NCBI GenBank assembly: GCA_035627655.1
Contig: DASPLI010000001.1
Location: 323,355-387,354, forward strand
Source of the DNA: Minisyncoccota bacterium
GTDB lineage: Bacteria > Patescibacteriota > Minisyncoccia > Phycocordibacterales > Phycocordibacteraceae
Length of the DNA: 64,000 nucleotides
Direction of reading: 5' to 3'
A program made the translations under genes and the position numbers. How positions within the stretch are numbered: the first letter of the stretch is position 1; each line of letters begins with the position of its first letter. Below the pieces are notes generated by a model, which saw only the letters and a list, made by a program, of their open reading frames with translations, ran no database searches and was not told where the DNA came from. Shown here piece by piece: positions 9,484 through 18,746 of the stretch.

Positions 9484-9570
9484 GGAGACGTGGCTGAGTG
9501 GTCGAAAGCGCCTCACTGCTAACGAGGTAGGGTGTAAAAGCTCTCCAGGGTTCGAATCCCTGCGTCTCCG
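9484..9570 (+). tRNA. tRNA-Ser(GCT)
   Basis: GGAGACG/CGTCTCC acceptor stem, CT-GCT-AA loop, long variable arm, GGTTCGAATCC T-arm. Confidence 0.93.
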
Positions 9571-9576
9571 CCCGCT

Positions 9577-10089
9577 GTGACAAAGATACTCTTTATTCAA
9601 GGTATCCATAATTACCTCCTTGGCGATCGCTGGGTAGCGGACGTTTCGGAAGCAACCGGCATGGAAGTCGTGCGCTTTCCGATGCTCTATGGTCTTTTGG
9701 AAAGCGAAAAACAGCTTGAGCTCATAGCGCAGATAAATGCGCTTCTTGAAGGCAGCAATGACCGGTTCATTGTGGTGGCGCATTCCCTCGGCGGCATTCT
9801 TGCCCGGTCGCTGTCTGATACGGCATATACAAAAATAGATAAAATCATCATGCTCGCTGCTCCACACCAGGTGCCGTTCCCGTGGTTTCTTGAGGTTGTG
9901 GAGAAGCTCTCATACCGCACGCATGTGCCCGTGCCGGTCGAGTCGTGCGGTTTTTACTTGGACCCGATTGTTCCGTTCCGCTATACGCGAGATCCGGAAG
10001 CTGTGTTGCATCGGAATTACCTCGGGACGCACACGCAAGTCTTTGATCGGAAGCGCTTCTTTCGTCAACTCATAACACGCTCCGCCTAG
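9577..10089 (+). CDS. Small alpha/beta hydrolase
   Basis: AHSLGG nucleophile elbow; D and H near the C-terminus. Confidence 0.75.
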   Translation: MTKILFIQGIHNYLLGDRWVADVSEATGMEVVRFPMLYGLLESEKQLELIAQINALLEGSNDRFIVVAHSLGGILARSLSDTAYTKIDKIIMLAAPHQVPFPWFLEVVEKLSYRTHVPVPVESCGFYLDPIVPFRYTRDPEAVLHRNYLGTHTQVFDRKRFFRQLITRSA

Positions 10090-10143
10090 GCGAGGTGGTG
10101 GTACCATGCAGGTACAACCCCTCTACTTATATTTCTCAACGCC

Positions 10144-10746
10144 ATGTTTTGTCCAAACTGCGGAGCGCGCGTGACGGAAGGAGCAAAATTCTGCCAACAG
10201 TGCGGGCGGGCGACCACGCTCTCGGGAGAGACACCGGTACCAGAATACTTTGTCGTGTCGCCCGGGAAGCTGGCATTCTTTTCCATTCTCACGCTCGGGC
10301 TGTATGAGCTTTACTGGTTCTATAGGAATTGGCAGGCCGTGAAGAAAGCGGAAGGGACAGACATTTCTCCGCTGTGGCGCACGCTGCTCTCCATCTTTTA
10401 CTGCCATCCGCTCTTCAAGCGTGTGGCGGCAGCTGCGCGCGAGCATGACTACCCAAACCTCTTTTCAGCAAAGTGGGTTGCCGCTGCCTACATCCTGATA
10501 CTGCTTGCTGCAAACGCGCTCGGGAACGTAGATACCGATGAGGTTGGCTTCAATCTCTTGTGGCTTGCGGTGACGCTTTCTTCTTTCATCCCGCTTTTGA
10601 CAGTACAGGGAGCGATCAACTTCCTGCGAAAGAAGATGCAGGGGCCGTCGGTCCTTAAAAGCGGTTTCTCGACGGGCGAAGTCGTGCTGGTTGTGCTTGG
10701 CGTCCTGTGGTTCTGCCTGATACTGATCGGTATCTTCTCCGCTTAG
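10144..10746 (+). CDS. Zinc-ribbon membrane protein (DUF4234-like TM region)
   Basis: MFCPNCG...KFCQQCG; TLGLYELYWFY; several TM helices. Confidence 0.75.
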   Translation: MFCPNCGARVTEGAKFCQQCGRATTLSGETPVPEYFVVSPGKLAFFSILTLGLYELYWFYRNWQAVKKAEGTDISPLWRTLLSIFYCHPLFKRVAAAAREHDYPNLFSAKWVAAAYILILLAANALGNVDTDEVGFNLLWLAVTLSSFIPLLTVQGAINFLRKKMQGPSVLKSGFSTGEVVLVVLGVLWFCLILIGIFSA

Positions 10747-10749
10747 CCT

Positions 10750-11835
10750 ATGTTTTGCACGCACTGCGGCACGAAGCTTGAGGAAGGAACGAAGTTCTGC
10801 ACCAACTGCGGCTCGCCAACGAAGCAGGAGCGCAAGCGATTCCCCTGGGGTGCGATCGCGCTGGTCCTTGTCGTGCTTGCCGGTATTGGAGCTGCCGCCT
10901 ACTACACGAGCACCTCGGAAGAAGAGCAGGGGGATATCGGATCCGCCACCTCGCTTCTGGCGGAAATGGAGCCCTCCTTGGAACCGGTTGGCCGCTTCAC
11001 GCAACCGCTCCTCTTTGATTCTGACGAGTTGAGCGATGAGGAATGGCTTTCCTATATTGCGTACACGCAACCGGCTTTCCTGTACGTTCCCGAGCCATCA
11101 CATCCACAGTTTCCCGGCCAGATCCAGGCATACAGCGCCGTTGTAAAGATCGTCTGTGAGGACGAAGACTACTTCTATTATGGAAGCGGTACCAATATGG
11201 ATGCTGCGGGATACGTACTCACCAACCTGCACGTCATAGAAGGAGATGCAGAGCTTGAGTGCATGGTCGGATTCCCAGATCCACAGTCAGGCTTGATACG
11301 CGAAGTGTATTGGGCGACACCCATCGTTGACGCGGAAAACGTTACGGGGCATGACCTTGCCGTGCTTTCGGTCGAGGAGCCGGTGTTCGACGAGGAGCAT
11401 AATATCTACGGGTTTTACGAGAAATACGCCAACGGCACATTCCAGTATTACTTTGAAACGGATGCATGCCTTGAGGTTGCTCCGGAGCTCGGTGATCAAA
11501 TTTTCGCACTCGGTTACCCGGCGCTCACGGGCGGCGCACTGACGATTACCGACGGTCTCATCAGCAGTCTCTATTCCGCAGACGACTACCTGATTACGTC
11601 GGCAAAAATCAGCAGCGGCAACTCCGGCGGTCTTGCGCTTGATACCAACGGTTGCTTTGTCGGCGTTCCGACCGCTGTCTATCTTGAAGAGGAAAACGAG
11701 CAGTACGGTGAAATCATTGACGCCTACTTCGTCTACGAATTCTTTGATGCCGTTCTCGATGATATCGAGGAGTATCGCGTGTCGAACGGATGGACGAGCG
11801 AATCTAAAGAAGAACTCCCGACACCTTCGTTTTAG
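10750..11835 (+). CDS. Zinc-ribbon + TM + trypsin-like serine protease
   Basis: MFCTHCG..FCTNCG, TM helix, LTNLHV, DLAVL and SGNSGG triad motifs. Confidence 0.85.
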   Translation: MFCTHCGTKLEEGTKFCTNCGSPTKQERKRFPWGAIALVLVVLAGIGAAAYYTSTSEEEQGDIGSATSLLAEMEPSLEPVGRFTQPLLFDSDELSDEEWLSYIAYTQPAFLYVPEPSHPQFPGQIQAYSAVVKIVCEDEDYFYYGSGTNMDAAGYVLTNLHVIEGDAELECMVGFPDPQSGLIREVYWATPIVDAENVTGHDLAVLSVEEPVFDEEHNIYGFYEKYANGTFQYYFETDACLEVAPELGDQIFALGYPALTGGALTITDGLISSLYSADDYLITSAKISSGNSGGLALDTNGCFVGVPTAVYLEEENEQYGEIIDAYFVYEFFDAVLDDIEEYRVSNGWTSESKEELPTPSF

Positions 11836-12434
11836 TAGGCAAGGGCGATAGGAAGGACGCGGGCGCCGACAAGGGTGCTCGCTCCTTCCTGTAAGGTCGC
11901 TCCGGTGGTGACCACGTCATCAATAAGAAGGTAGGTGGTCTCGTCCGCTGTTTTTATTTGTGTGAAGGCACCGCGTACGTTTTGCAGACGCCGTCTCCGG
12001 GAGAGGGAGGTTTGCGAAGCGGTGTCTCGTGTCCGTACCAGCACTGCTTCATCAAGCGGGAGCGGGAGGAGTCGTCGTGTGTTCTCTAGTATGCGCGCCA
12101 CTTGGTTATAGCCCCGCTCTCGGTAGCGCATTTCTGAGAGGGGAATAGGCACCAGCGTGTGCGATGTGTGTCCGACAAGCGCTTCCTCTGCCAGAAATTC
12201 CTGCAGATATTCAGCAAGTACGCGGCCGAGTAGCTCCTGGGCTCGCTCGTTCCCCTTATATTTCGCTTCCTTTATAAGTGCATGTACCAGCGGGTTGCGG
12301 TACGGAAGCAGCGCGGTGACCGTGCCGATCGTTCGAGGAGCAACGAGCTTTGCCACCGCGTCATAGGAAGAATCGAGCACCAGTCGCTCGGTATCTCGGG
12401 GTGGAAACAAAACGGCAAGCAGGAGCCGCAACAT
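11832..12434 (-). CDS. comF: ComF family phosphoribosyltransferase-like competence protein
   Basis: RERGYNQ, RLQNVRGAF and LLIDDVVTTGATL motifs. Confidence 0.9.
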   Translation of the reverse strand: MLRLLLAVLFPPRDTERLVLDSSYDAVAKLVAPRTIGTVTALLPYRNPLVHALIKEAKYKGNERAQELLGRVLAEYLQEFLAEEALVGHTSHTLVPIPLSEMRYRERGYNQVARILENTRRLLPLPLDEAVLVRTRDTASQTSLSRRRRLQNVRGAFTQIKTADETTYLLIDDVVTTGATLQEGASTLVGARVLPIALAY

Positions 12435-12457
12435 GCCTGCATGATACAATCACGACA

Positions 12458-13543
12458 ATGGCATTTCTTGCAGATCTCTTTGGCAAGAAGAAAGGTGGAA
12501 GCGTGGTCGGCATTGATGTCGGCTCTTCCTCGTTGAAGGTAGTGCAGTTGCGTCGCGAAGGGGGGACGGCCGTACTTGAGACGTATGGTGAGATCGCGCT
12601 TGGTCCGTACGCAGGCGCGGAAATCGGGCAGGCGACGAACCTCCCGGCAGAAAAAGTCGCCGAAACGCTCAAGGATCTCCTGCGTGAATCAAACGTCACG
12701 ACCAAGGACGCCGGCATTTCTATTCCGTTCTCCCGCTCGCTCCTTACTATGGTGGAGCTGCCGCGCCGCGATAATCCGGAAGAACAAAAGACGATCATCT
12801 CGCTTGAGGCGCGAAAATACATCCCGATCCCGGTTTCCGAAGTACAGCTCGATTGGTTCGTCGTTCCAGAAGCACTTTCGCAGGGGCAGCAGCCTCCAGC
12901 AAAGGTGAAGGTACTCCTGGTGGCGGTCAACAACGACGAGCTTGCGCGCCTCTCGAAGATCGTCGAGCTCTCCGGGCTTTCCGCAACGTTCTACGAAATT
13001 GAGATTTTCAGCACTATCCGCTCGGTGGTCGACGAGCCAGTGAAGCCCGTGATGGTCCTCGATATTGGCGCATCAGCAACGAAGGTGTATGTCGTCGAGC
13101 GCGGCATTGTGGCTGTTTCCCACAATATTCGCCAGGGCGGGCAAGACGTAACCCGTACGATCGCAACCTCCCATGGCCTTGATGTATCGAAGGCGGAGCT
13201 TCTCAAGAAGGAGCATGGGTTTGGTAATGGGAGCGCGCCGTATGAGCGTCAGACCATCGAGCTGGTGTTCTCCCGCATCTTTGAAGAGGCGAAGCGCGCA
13301 CTCACGCGCTATGAGACAGCGAATCAGAAGTCGGTGTCCGCAATCGTGCTTACTGGCGGTGGGGGAGTAACCAAAGAGCTTGCTGCCTACGCAAAATCTT
13401 TCTTCTCCATTGATGTGCGCATCGCCGATCCGTTTGGAAAGACGGCGGCGCCAGCGTTCATGCGCCCCGTGCTTCAGGAGATTGGACCGGAGTTTGCGGT
13501 TGCCGCAGGACTCGCGCTCCGGAAGCTTGAGGAGCAAGGGTAG
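12458..13543 (+). CDS. pilM: Type IV pilus assembly protein PilM
   Basis: VGIDVGSSSLKVV, LDIGAS, LTGGG and AVAAGLALR actin-like motifs. Confidence 0.92.
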   Translation: MAFLADLFGKKKGGSVVGIDVGSSSLKVVQLRREGGTAVLETYGEIALGPYAGAEIGQATNLPAEKVAETLKDLLRESNVTTKDAGISIPFSRSLLTMVELPRRDNPEEQKTIISLEARKYIPIPVSEVQLDWFVVPEALSQGQQPPAKVKVLLVAVNNDELARLSKIVELSGLSATFYEIEIFSTIRSVVDEPVKPVMVLDIGASATKVYVVERGIVAVSHNIRQGGQDVTRTIATSHGLDVSKAELLKKEHGFGNGSAPYERQTIELVFSRIFEEAKRALTRYETANQKSVSAIVLTGGGGVTKELAAYAKSFFSIDVRIADPFGKTAAPAFMRPVLQEIGPEFAVAAGLALRKLEEQG

Positions 13544-13599
13544 TCTTCTGTGTATAAAGACTGCCGTTGTGGGGCATTTGCGCCTATACTAGAAACATA

Positions 13600-14289
13600 A
13601 TGGCTCCTTCTCCGACCATTCCGACCTCATTCGTCCCGAAGCAGCCGGTGCAGACCGGTCAGCGCTACGTAAAGAATCAGGGCGTGAACCTCTTTCTCGT
13701 GTTCGCGAGTCTGTTGTTGGTCGTATCAGTACTTGCTGCAGGCGGTGTCTTTGCGTACCAGAACTTCCTCGAAGGGGTGCGCGATCGCAAGCAGGCGCAG
13801 GTAGACGAAGTGCGGCAGAGCATCAACTCGATGGTTGTCGAAGACTTCATCCGCACCCGCGATCGGTTTGTCGCGGCGGAGTCGCTCCTTGATAACCATG
13901 TCGCCGCCTCGCAGTTCTTCGATCTTCTTGAGTCACTGACGCTCCAGAGCGTTCGCTTCAACTCCCTCAACTTCACGCTCTCGGAGGACCGCTCCGCTAA
14001 GATCCAGATGGACGGTGTTGCGCGCAGCTTCAACGCGCTTGCGGCTGAGTCCTCGGCGTTCGCGTCTGAAAAGCGGATCAAGCGAGCCATCTTCTCCGAT
14101 ATCGCGGTTGATCCGCAGACGCGCAACGTGAGCTTCTCGCTTGATGCGGAGCTCTCGCCAGCGCTTCTCACCATTAGCGAAGCGTCGATCCCGAGCCTGC
14201 CAGTGGTGCCAAGCGCTCCGGCAACGACGAGTGCCGCAACGACAACGCCTGCAGCGACTACCACGCCGGTAAACCCACTTTCCCTATGA
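13600..14289 (+). CDS. PilN-like protein
   Basis: Single TM plus periplasmic domain, directly after pilM; T/P-rich tail. Confidence 0.65.
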   Translation: MAPSPTIPTSFVPKQPVQTGQRYVKNQGVNLFLVFASLLLVVSVLAAGGVFAYQNFLEGVRDRKQAQVDEVRQSINSMVVEDFIRTRDRFVAAESLLDNHVAASQFFDLLESLTLQSVRFNSLNFTLSEDRSAKIQMDGVARSFNALAAESSAFASEKRIKRAIFSDIAVDPQTRNVSFSLDAELSPALLTISEASIPSLPVVPSAPATTSAATTTPAATTTPVNPLSL

Positions 14290-14840
14290 CCTCTCGCGTC
14301 CTTCCCGTCATTCTCATACTCGCCGCACTCGGCATCTTCTTCGGCTACGTAAACCCAACCTACAGCGGGGAAGTAAAGACTTTGCAGAGCGAGATCCGGA
14401 GCTATGACGCAGCGCTTCGTGCCGCAAGCGAGTTCCGCGAAAAAGAAGCGCAGCTGACGCTCGAGCGAAACGGTATTTCAAACGAGGGACTGCGTCGGGT
14501 CGAGGCCTTCCTCCCAGACGGCGTCGACAACGTGCAGCTGATCCTCGACCTTAACTCGCTTGCGTCGCGCTCGGGCATGGTGCTCTCCGATTTCGACATC
14601 GTCGATCGTGCAGAGCAGGAAGATTCGGAAGGCACTGCGCTCACGCTTGAATCAGATGACGCCACCGATTCAATCGATCTAACGGTCAACGCAACCGGCT
14701 CATACGAGAACTTCAAGAAGTTTCTGAAGGGCGCTGAATGGAGTCTTCGTCCGCTCGACCTGGTCTCCCTTGAGATTAAGGACTCGGCAACGGGCATTTA
14801 TACGTACACTATGACTTTCCGCCTCTACTGGCTCCGCTAA
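14286..14840 (+). CDS. PilO-like protein
   Basis: N-terminal TM, coiled coil, FLPD and GSYENFKKFL motifs; position after pilN. Confidence 0.75.
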   Translation: MTSRVLPVILILAALGIFFGYVNPTYSGEVKTLQSEIRSYDAALRAASEFREKEAQLTLERNGISNEGLRRVEAFLPDGVDNVQLILDLNSLASRSGMVLSDFDIVDRAEQEDSEGTALTLESDDATDSIDLTVNATGSYENFKKFLKGAEWSLRPLDLVSLEIKDSATGIYTYTMTFRLYWLR

Positions 14841-14844
14841 GCTT

Positions 14845-15135
14845 ATGCCTACTTCACGCACATCCGTCATCTTGCTCATCCTCGGCCTTCTGGTACTTGG
14901 CGCAGCAGCATACCTTCTCTTTGGCACGAACAACGATGCGGCCGTTTCTCCAAACGGAGCACCGGGCAGCGAAGCTGAGATGGCCTTCCTTTCGCTGACC
15001 GCACAGATCGATCCGGTCGAATTTGATACTGGCATTTTGGACGATCCTCGCTTCAATGCGCTTCAGGATATTCAGACAGCGATTGTTCCTGAGTCATCCG
15101 GTCGTGCTGACCCGTTTGCGCCGCTGGGGCGCTAG
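14845..15135 (+). CDS. Small membrane-anchored pilus-cluster protein (PilP position)
   Basis: TM plus C-terminal GRADPF motif. Confidence 0.6.
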   Translation: MPTSRTSVILLILGLLVLGAAAYLLFGTNNDAAVSPNGAPGSEAEMAFLSLTAQIDPVEFDTGILDDPRFNALQDIQTAIVPESSGRADPFAPLGR

Positions 15136-15141
15136 AACACC

Positions 15142-16884
15142 GTGAACGTCCTTCCACTCCTTGTTGAGAAGGGACTACTCAAAACCGGCGATATCTCGGC
15201 GGTCGAGGCGGAGGCGCGCCAAGAAGGTTCGCTTGAGAAGGCGCTTGAAAACCGGGGAATCGCGCCCGTCGACGTGCTTCAGATCACAAGCGAGCACTAC
15301 AACATTCCAGCGCGAACGATCCCGGACGGCCCAATTGATCACACAAGCCTCGGGTACATTCCGGAAGAATCCGCCCGCCACTACCGTTTTGTACCGATCG
15401 GCGTTGTCGACGGTGCGCTTGAAGTGGGCATTACCGATCCTGACAACATCCAGGCGCTTGATGCACTCCAGTTCATTTCGACCGACATTGGAATGCCGTA
15501 CAAGCTCTACTTGATTACGGAAACCGACTTCGACCGCGTCATCAATGAGTACCAGAACCTGACCGGGGAAGTGGGTGCGGCACTCTCCGAGCTTGAGACG
15601 GGCGTCGATCTTGATGTCGACAAGGAGAAGAAAAATGCGCCGCAAACAGAAGAAAGCATCAAGGCGGACGCACCAGTCACGAAGATTGTTGCAACCATCC
15701 TTCGCTACGCAGTGGAAGGCGCTGCCTCCGATATTCATATTGAACCGACGCCTGAGAAGACGCGTGTGCGTTTCCGGATGGATGGCGATTTGCATACCTC
15801 TCTTGAACTTCCGCGCAAAGTGCATGAGTCAGTTGTTGCGCGCGTGAAAATTCTCTGTCAGATGCGTCTTGATGAGAAGCGTAAGCCGCAGGACGGTCGC
15901 TTCTCGGCAACGATCGAAGCAAAGCGCATCGACTTCCGCGTTTCAACATTCCCGACCGAGCACGGCGAGAAGGTGGTGATGCGTATTCTGGACCGCTCGA
16001 AGACGATTGCCACGCTTGAATCAATCGGGCTTGCGCCCGACGATCTGGCGACTGTGCGCGATCTACTGCGTTCTCCCTACGGCATCATCCTGATTTCCGG
16101 TCCGACCGGTTCAGGTAAGTCGACAACGCTCTTCTCCATGCTTTCGGAAGTCGATCGCGAAACGCAGAACGTCGTGTCGGTTGAAGATCCGGTTGAGTAC
16201 GAGATTCCGGAAGTTGCACAGTCCCAGGTACGTCCGGAAATCGGTTACACGTTCGCTTCCGGTCTCCGCTCCATTCTCCGTCAGGACCCAGACGTCATCA
16301 TGGTGGGCGAAATCCGCGACAAGGAGACCGCACAGCTCGCCATCCAGGCGGCGCTTACGGGTCACCTCGTGTTCTCGACCATTCACACCAACACTGCCGC
16401 AGGCGTGATTCCGCGCTTGGTCGACATGGGGGTCGACCCGTACCTCATCGCGCCGACGTTGATTGCGGCGATCGGGCAGCGGCTCGTGCGAAAGTTGTGC
16501 CCGGGGGCAGGGGAGAAAGTGCCGGTAACGGAAAGCATCAAGGGCTTCCTTGAGAAGGAGTTTGAGGACCTACCGGCAGACCACCGCAAGAATCTGCCGC
16601 CATTTGACTATGTTTATAAGGCGCAGCCCACTCCAGACTGTCCGAACGGAACGCGCGGCCGCGTGGGCGTGTTTGAAATCTTGCGCATGACTAAGGAGCT
16701 TGAGCATGTGGTGCTCACCAACCCGGTTGCAGAATCGGTATATGCAGCTGCGCGCGCAAACGGCATGCGCACCATGCGCGAGGATGCTATCATGAAGGCG
16801 CTTGCCGGAGAGATTCCGTTCGAAGAAGTTGGCACGCTTGGCGGCGCACTTCTCTCGGATGATTCAGAACCACAAGCGTCCTAA
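15142..16884 (+). CDS. pilB: Type IV pilus assembly ATPase PilB/GspE
   Basis: ASDIHIEP, GPTGSGKST, LRQDPDVIMVGEIRD and TGHLVFSTIHTN motifs. Confidence 0.93.
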   Translation: MNVLPLLVEKGLLKTGDISAVEAEARQEGSLEKALENRGIAPVDVLQITSEHYNIPARTIPDGPIDHTSLGYIPEESARHYRFVPIGVVDGALEVGITDPDNIQALDALQFISTDIGMPYKLYLITETDFDRVINEYQNLTGEVGAALSELETGVDLDVDKEKKNAPQTEESIKADAPVTKIVATILRYAVEGAASDIHIEPTPEKTRVRFRMDGDLHTSLELPRKVHESVVARVKILCQMRLDEKRKPQDGRFSATIEAKRIDFRVSTFPTEHGEKVVMRILDRSKTIATLESIGLAPDDLATVRDLLRSPYGIILISGPTGSGKSTTLFSMLSEVDRETQNVVSVEDPVEYEIPEVAQSQVRPEIGYTFASGLRSILRQDPDVIMVGEIRDKETAQLAIQAALTGHLVFSTIHTNTAAGVIPRLVDMGVDPYLIAPTLIAAIGQRLVRKLCPGAGEKVPVTESIKGFLEKEFEDLPADHRKNLPPFDYVYKAQPTPDCPNGTRGRVGVFEILRMTKELEHVVLTNPVAESVYAAARANGMRTMREDAIMKALAGEIPFEEVGTLGGALLSDDSEPQAS

Positions 16885-16889
16885 TACCT

Positions 16890-17270
16890 ATGGCAAATCA
16901 CCGCATTTATTTGGTAGATGACGATCGCTTCCTGCTCGACATGTATGCGATCAAGTTTAAGAATGCCGGTCACGAGGTGACTGCTTTCCAGGGTCCGGAA
17001 GACGCACTCGCTGCGCTTCGCAAGGATCCGGCGCCGGACGCAATGCTTCTCGACGTGGTTATGCCGGTGATGACCGGATTTGAAATGCTTGAGACGATTC
17101 GCAAGGAGAATCTTGCACCAACGACGAAATTTATTGTGCTTTCCAACCAGGGACAGGATACGGACATCGAGAAATCAAAGGAGCTCAAGGCTGCCGGCTA
17201 CATCATTAAGGCATCGGCGATTCCGTCTGAGGTGTACGCAGAAACGATTCGCATCATTGAACAAGCATGA
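16890..17270 (+). CDS. Single-domain response regulator (CheY-like)
   Basis: VDDD, LLDVVMP, LSN and K motifs. Confidence 0.9.
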   Translation: MANHRIYLVDDDRFLLDMYAIKFKNAGHEVTAFQGPEDALAALRKDPAPDAMLLDVVMPVMTGFEMLETIRKENLAPTTKFIVLSNQGQDTDIEKSKELKAAGYIIKASAIPSEVYAETIRIIEQA

Positions 17271-18331
17271 GCGCTCCCGCTGAACGAATCGGTGCACTCC
17301 TGTCTTCTGTCATTGCCGAGAACGGTTCGGACCTTCATCTTTCTGCCGGTTCGCACCCGATCATTCGCATTTCTGGCGCGCTCGTGCCGCTGGTAAAGGA
17401 GGACAAGCTGACGCCTGCCGACACCGAAGCCATGCTCAAGGCTATTTTGCCTGCCGAGCGTTTTGACGAATTTATAAAGGCGCAATCGATCGACTTTTCG
17501 TACGCGCACAAGGACGGCTCGCGCTTCCGCGTCAACGGCTATATTGCCGGGGGCATGATCGCTATTGCGATGCGCCTCATCCCGAAGCAGATCCGCACGT
17601 TCACGGAACTCAACCTTCCGTCCGTACTTGAAGTATTCTCCCAGCGCCAGCAAGGCTTCTTCCTGTGCGTCGGACCGGTGGGGCAGGGAAAATCAACGAC
17701 CCTCGCCGCGCTCATTGATCGCATCAATGAAACGCGTGCTGAGCATATCGTGACCATTGAGGATCCGATCGAATATCTTTTTGAAAACAAGAAGTCGCTC
17801 ATTCACCAGCGCGAAGTCCGCATCGATACGCCAGACTTCCATGACGCGCTGACTGCCGCTTTCCGCGAAGACGTAGACGTGATCATGGTGGGCGAGATGC
17901 GCAACTACGAGACCATCTCCGCCGCCGTGACCGCTGCAGAAACCGGCCATCTCGTCATTTCAACGCTCCACACGAATAACGCATCGCAGACCATCGACCG
18001 CATCATCGACATGTTCCCGCCCAATCAGCAAGGGCAGGTGCGCGTCCAGCTTGCCGGTTCGCTCGCAGGTATCTTCTCGCAGCGCCTCGTACCCCGTATT
18101 TCCGGCGGCCTCATTCCGGCGTACGAGCTTCTCATCAACAACAGCGCGATTGCAAACCTCATCCGCGAAGGTCGCACGCATGAAATCTCTACCGTCGTGC
18201 AGACCTCAAGCCAGGAAGGCATGATCGATATGGACCGCTCGCTTGCAGAACTTGTGCGCCGCGGCGAAGTAACGGTTGAGGACGCTTTCGAACGCGCAAG
18301 CGACCAGAAGACCTTCGAGCGCTACCTCTAA
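17267..18331 (+). CDS. pilT: Type IV pilus retraction ATPase PilT
   Basis: SDLHL, GQGKSTT, TIEDPIE, AETGHLV and IANLIRE motifs. Confidence 0.93.
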   Translation: MSAPAERIGALLSSVIAENGSDLHLSAGSHPIIRISGALVPLVKEDKLTPADTEAMLKAILPAERFDEFIKAQSIDFSYAHKDGSRFRVNGYIAGGMIAIAMRLIPKQIRTFTELNLPSVLEVFSQRQQGFFLCVGPVGQGKSTTLAALIDRINETRAEHIVTIEDPIEYLFENKKSLIHQREVRIDTPDFHDALTAAFREDVDVIMVGEMRNYETISAAVTAAETGHLVISTLHTNNASQTIDRIIDMFPPNQQGQVRVQLAGSLAGIFSQRLVPRISGGLIPAYELLINNSAIANLIREGRTHEISTVVQTSSQEGMIDMDRSLAELVRRGEVTVEDAFERASDQKTFERYL

Positions 18332-18335
18332 CCAC

Positions 18336-18746
18336 ATGAACGCACTCCTCAAAAACAGCTACTTCCTCGGCTTTGCAATGCTCGTGATCGAGCTTGTCGT
18401 CAACTCGGTATTTGGGTCCACGGTCATTTCCGGCATCGTGCTCTCCTTTATTGTTGGTATGGTCTATGCAGTTGTGCATAAGACGAAAATGCCGGCAATC
18501 GAGCGCTTGAAGGTGCTTTCCGTTTATATCGGCATCATCGCGCTCATTGTTGTATTCCTTGCGTTTGCGCAGTACCCAGCAATGCTCGGCATTGCGCTTG
18601 GGCTTGGTGCGCTTTTCCTCGGAGCGTATGCGCTCTTTATGTACTTCGGCATGTGGTTTGGCAGCTGGACGCAGGTAAAGGCGCAAGAGAAACGGGCAAA
18701 GAAGCTTGCCGAGAAAGCAGTAGCGCCGACACCTCCGGCCGTTTAG
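18336..18746 (+). CDS. Hypothetical 4-TM membrane protein (paralog of the N-terminus of 29312-30784)
   Basis: Hydrophobic ORF sharing LLKNSY.LG, HK.KMP..ER.K.L..Y and YA.FMYF motifs with the 29312 protein. Confidence 0.7.
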   Translation: MNALLKNSYFLGFAMLVIELVVNSVFGSTVISGIVLSFIVGMVYAVVHKTKMPAIERLKVLSVYIGIIALIVVFLAFAQYPAMLGIALGLGALFLGAYALFMYFGMWFGSWTQVKAQEKRAKKLAEKAVAPTPPAV

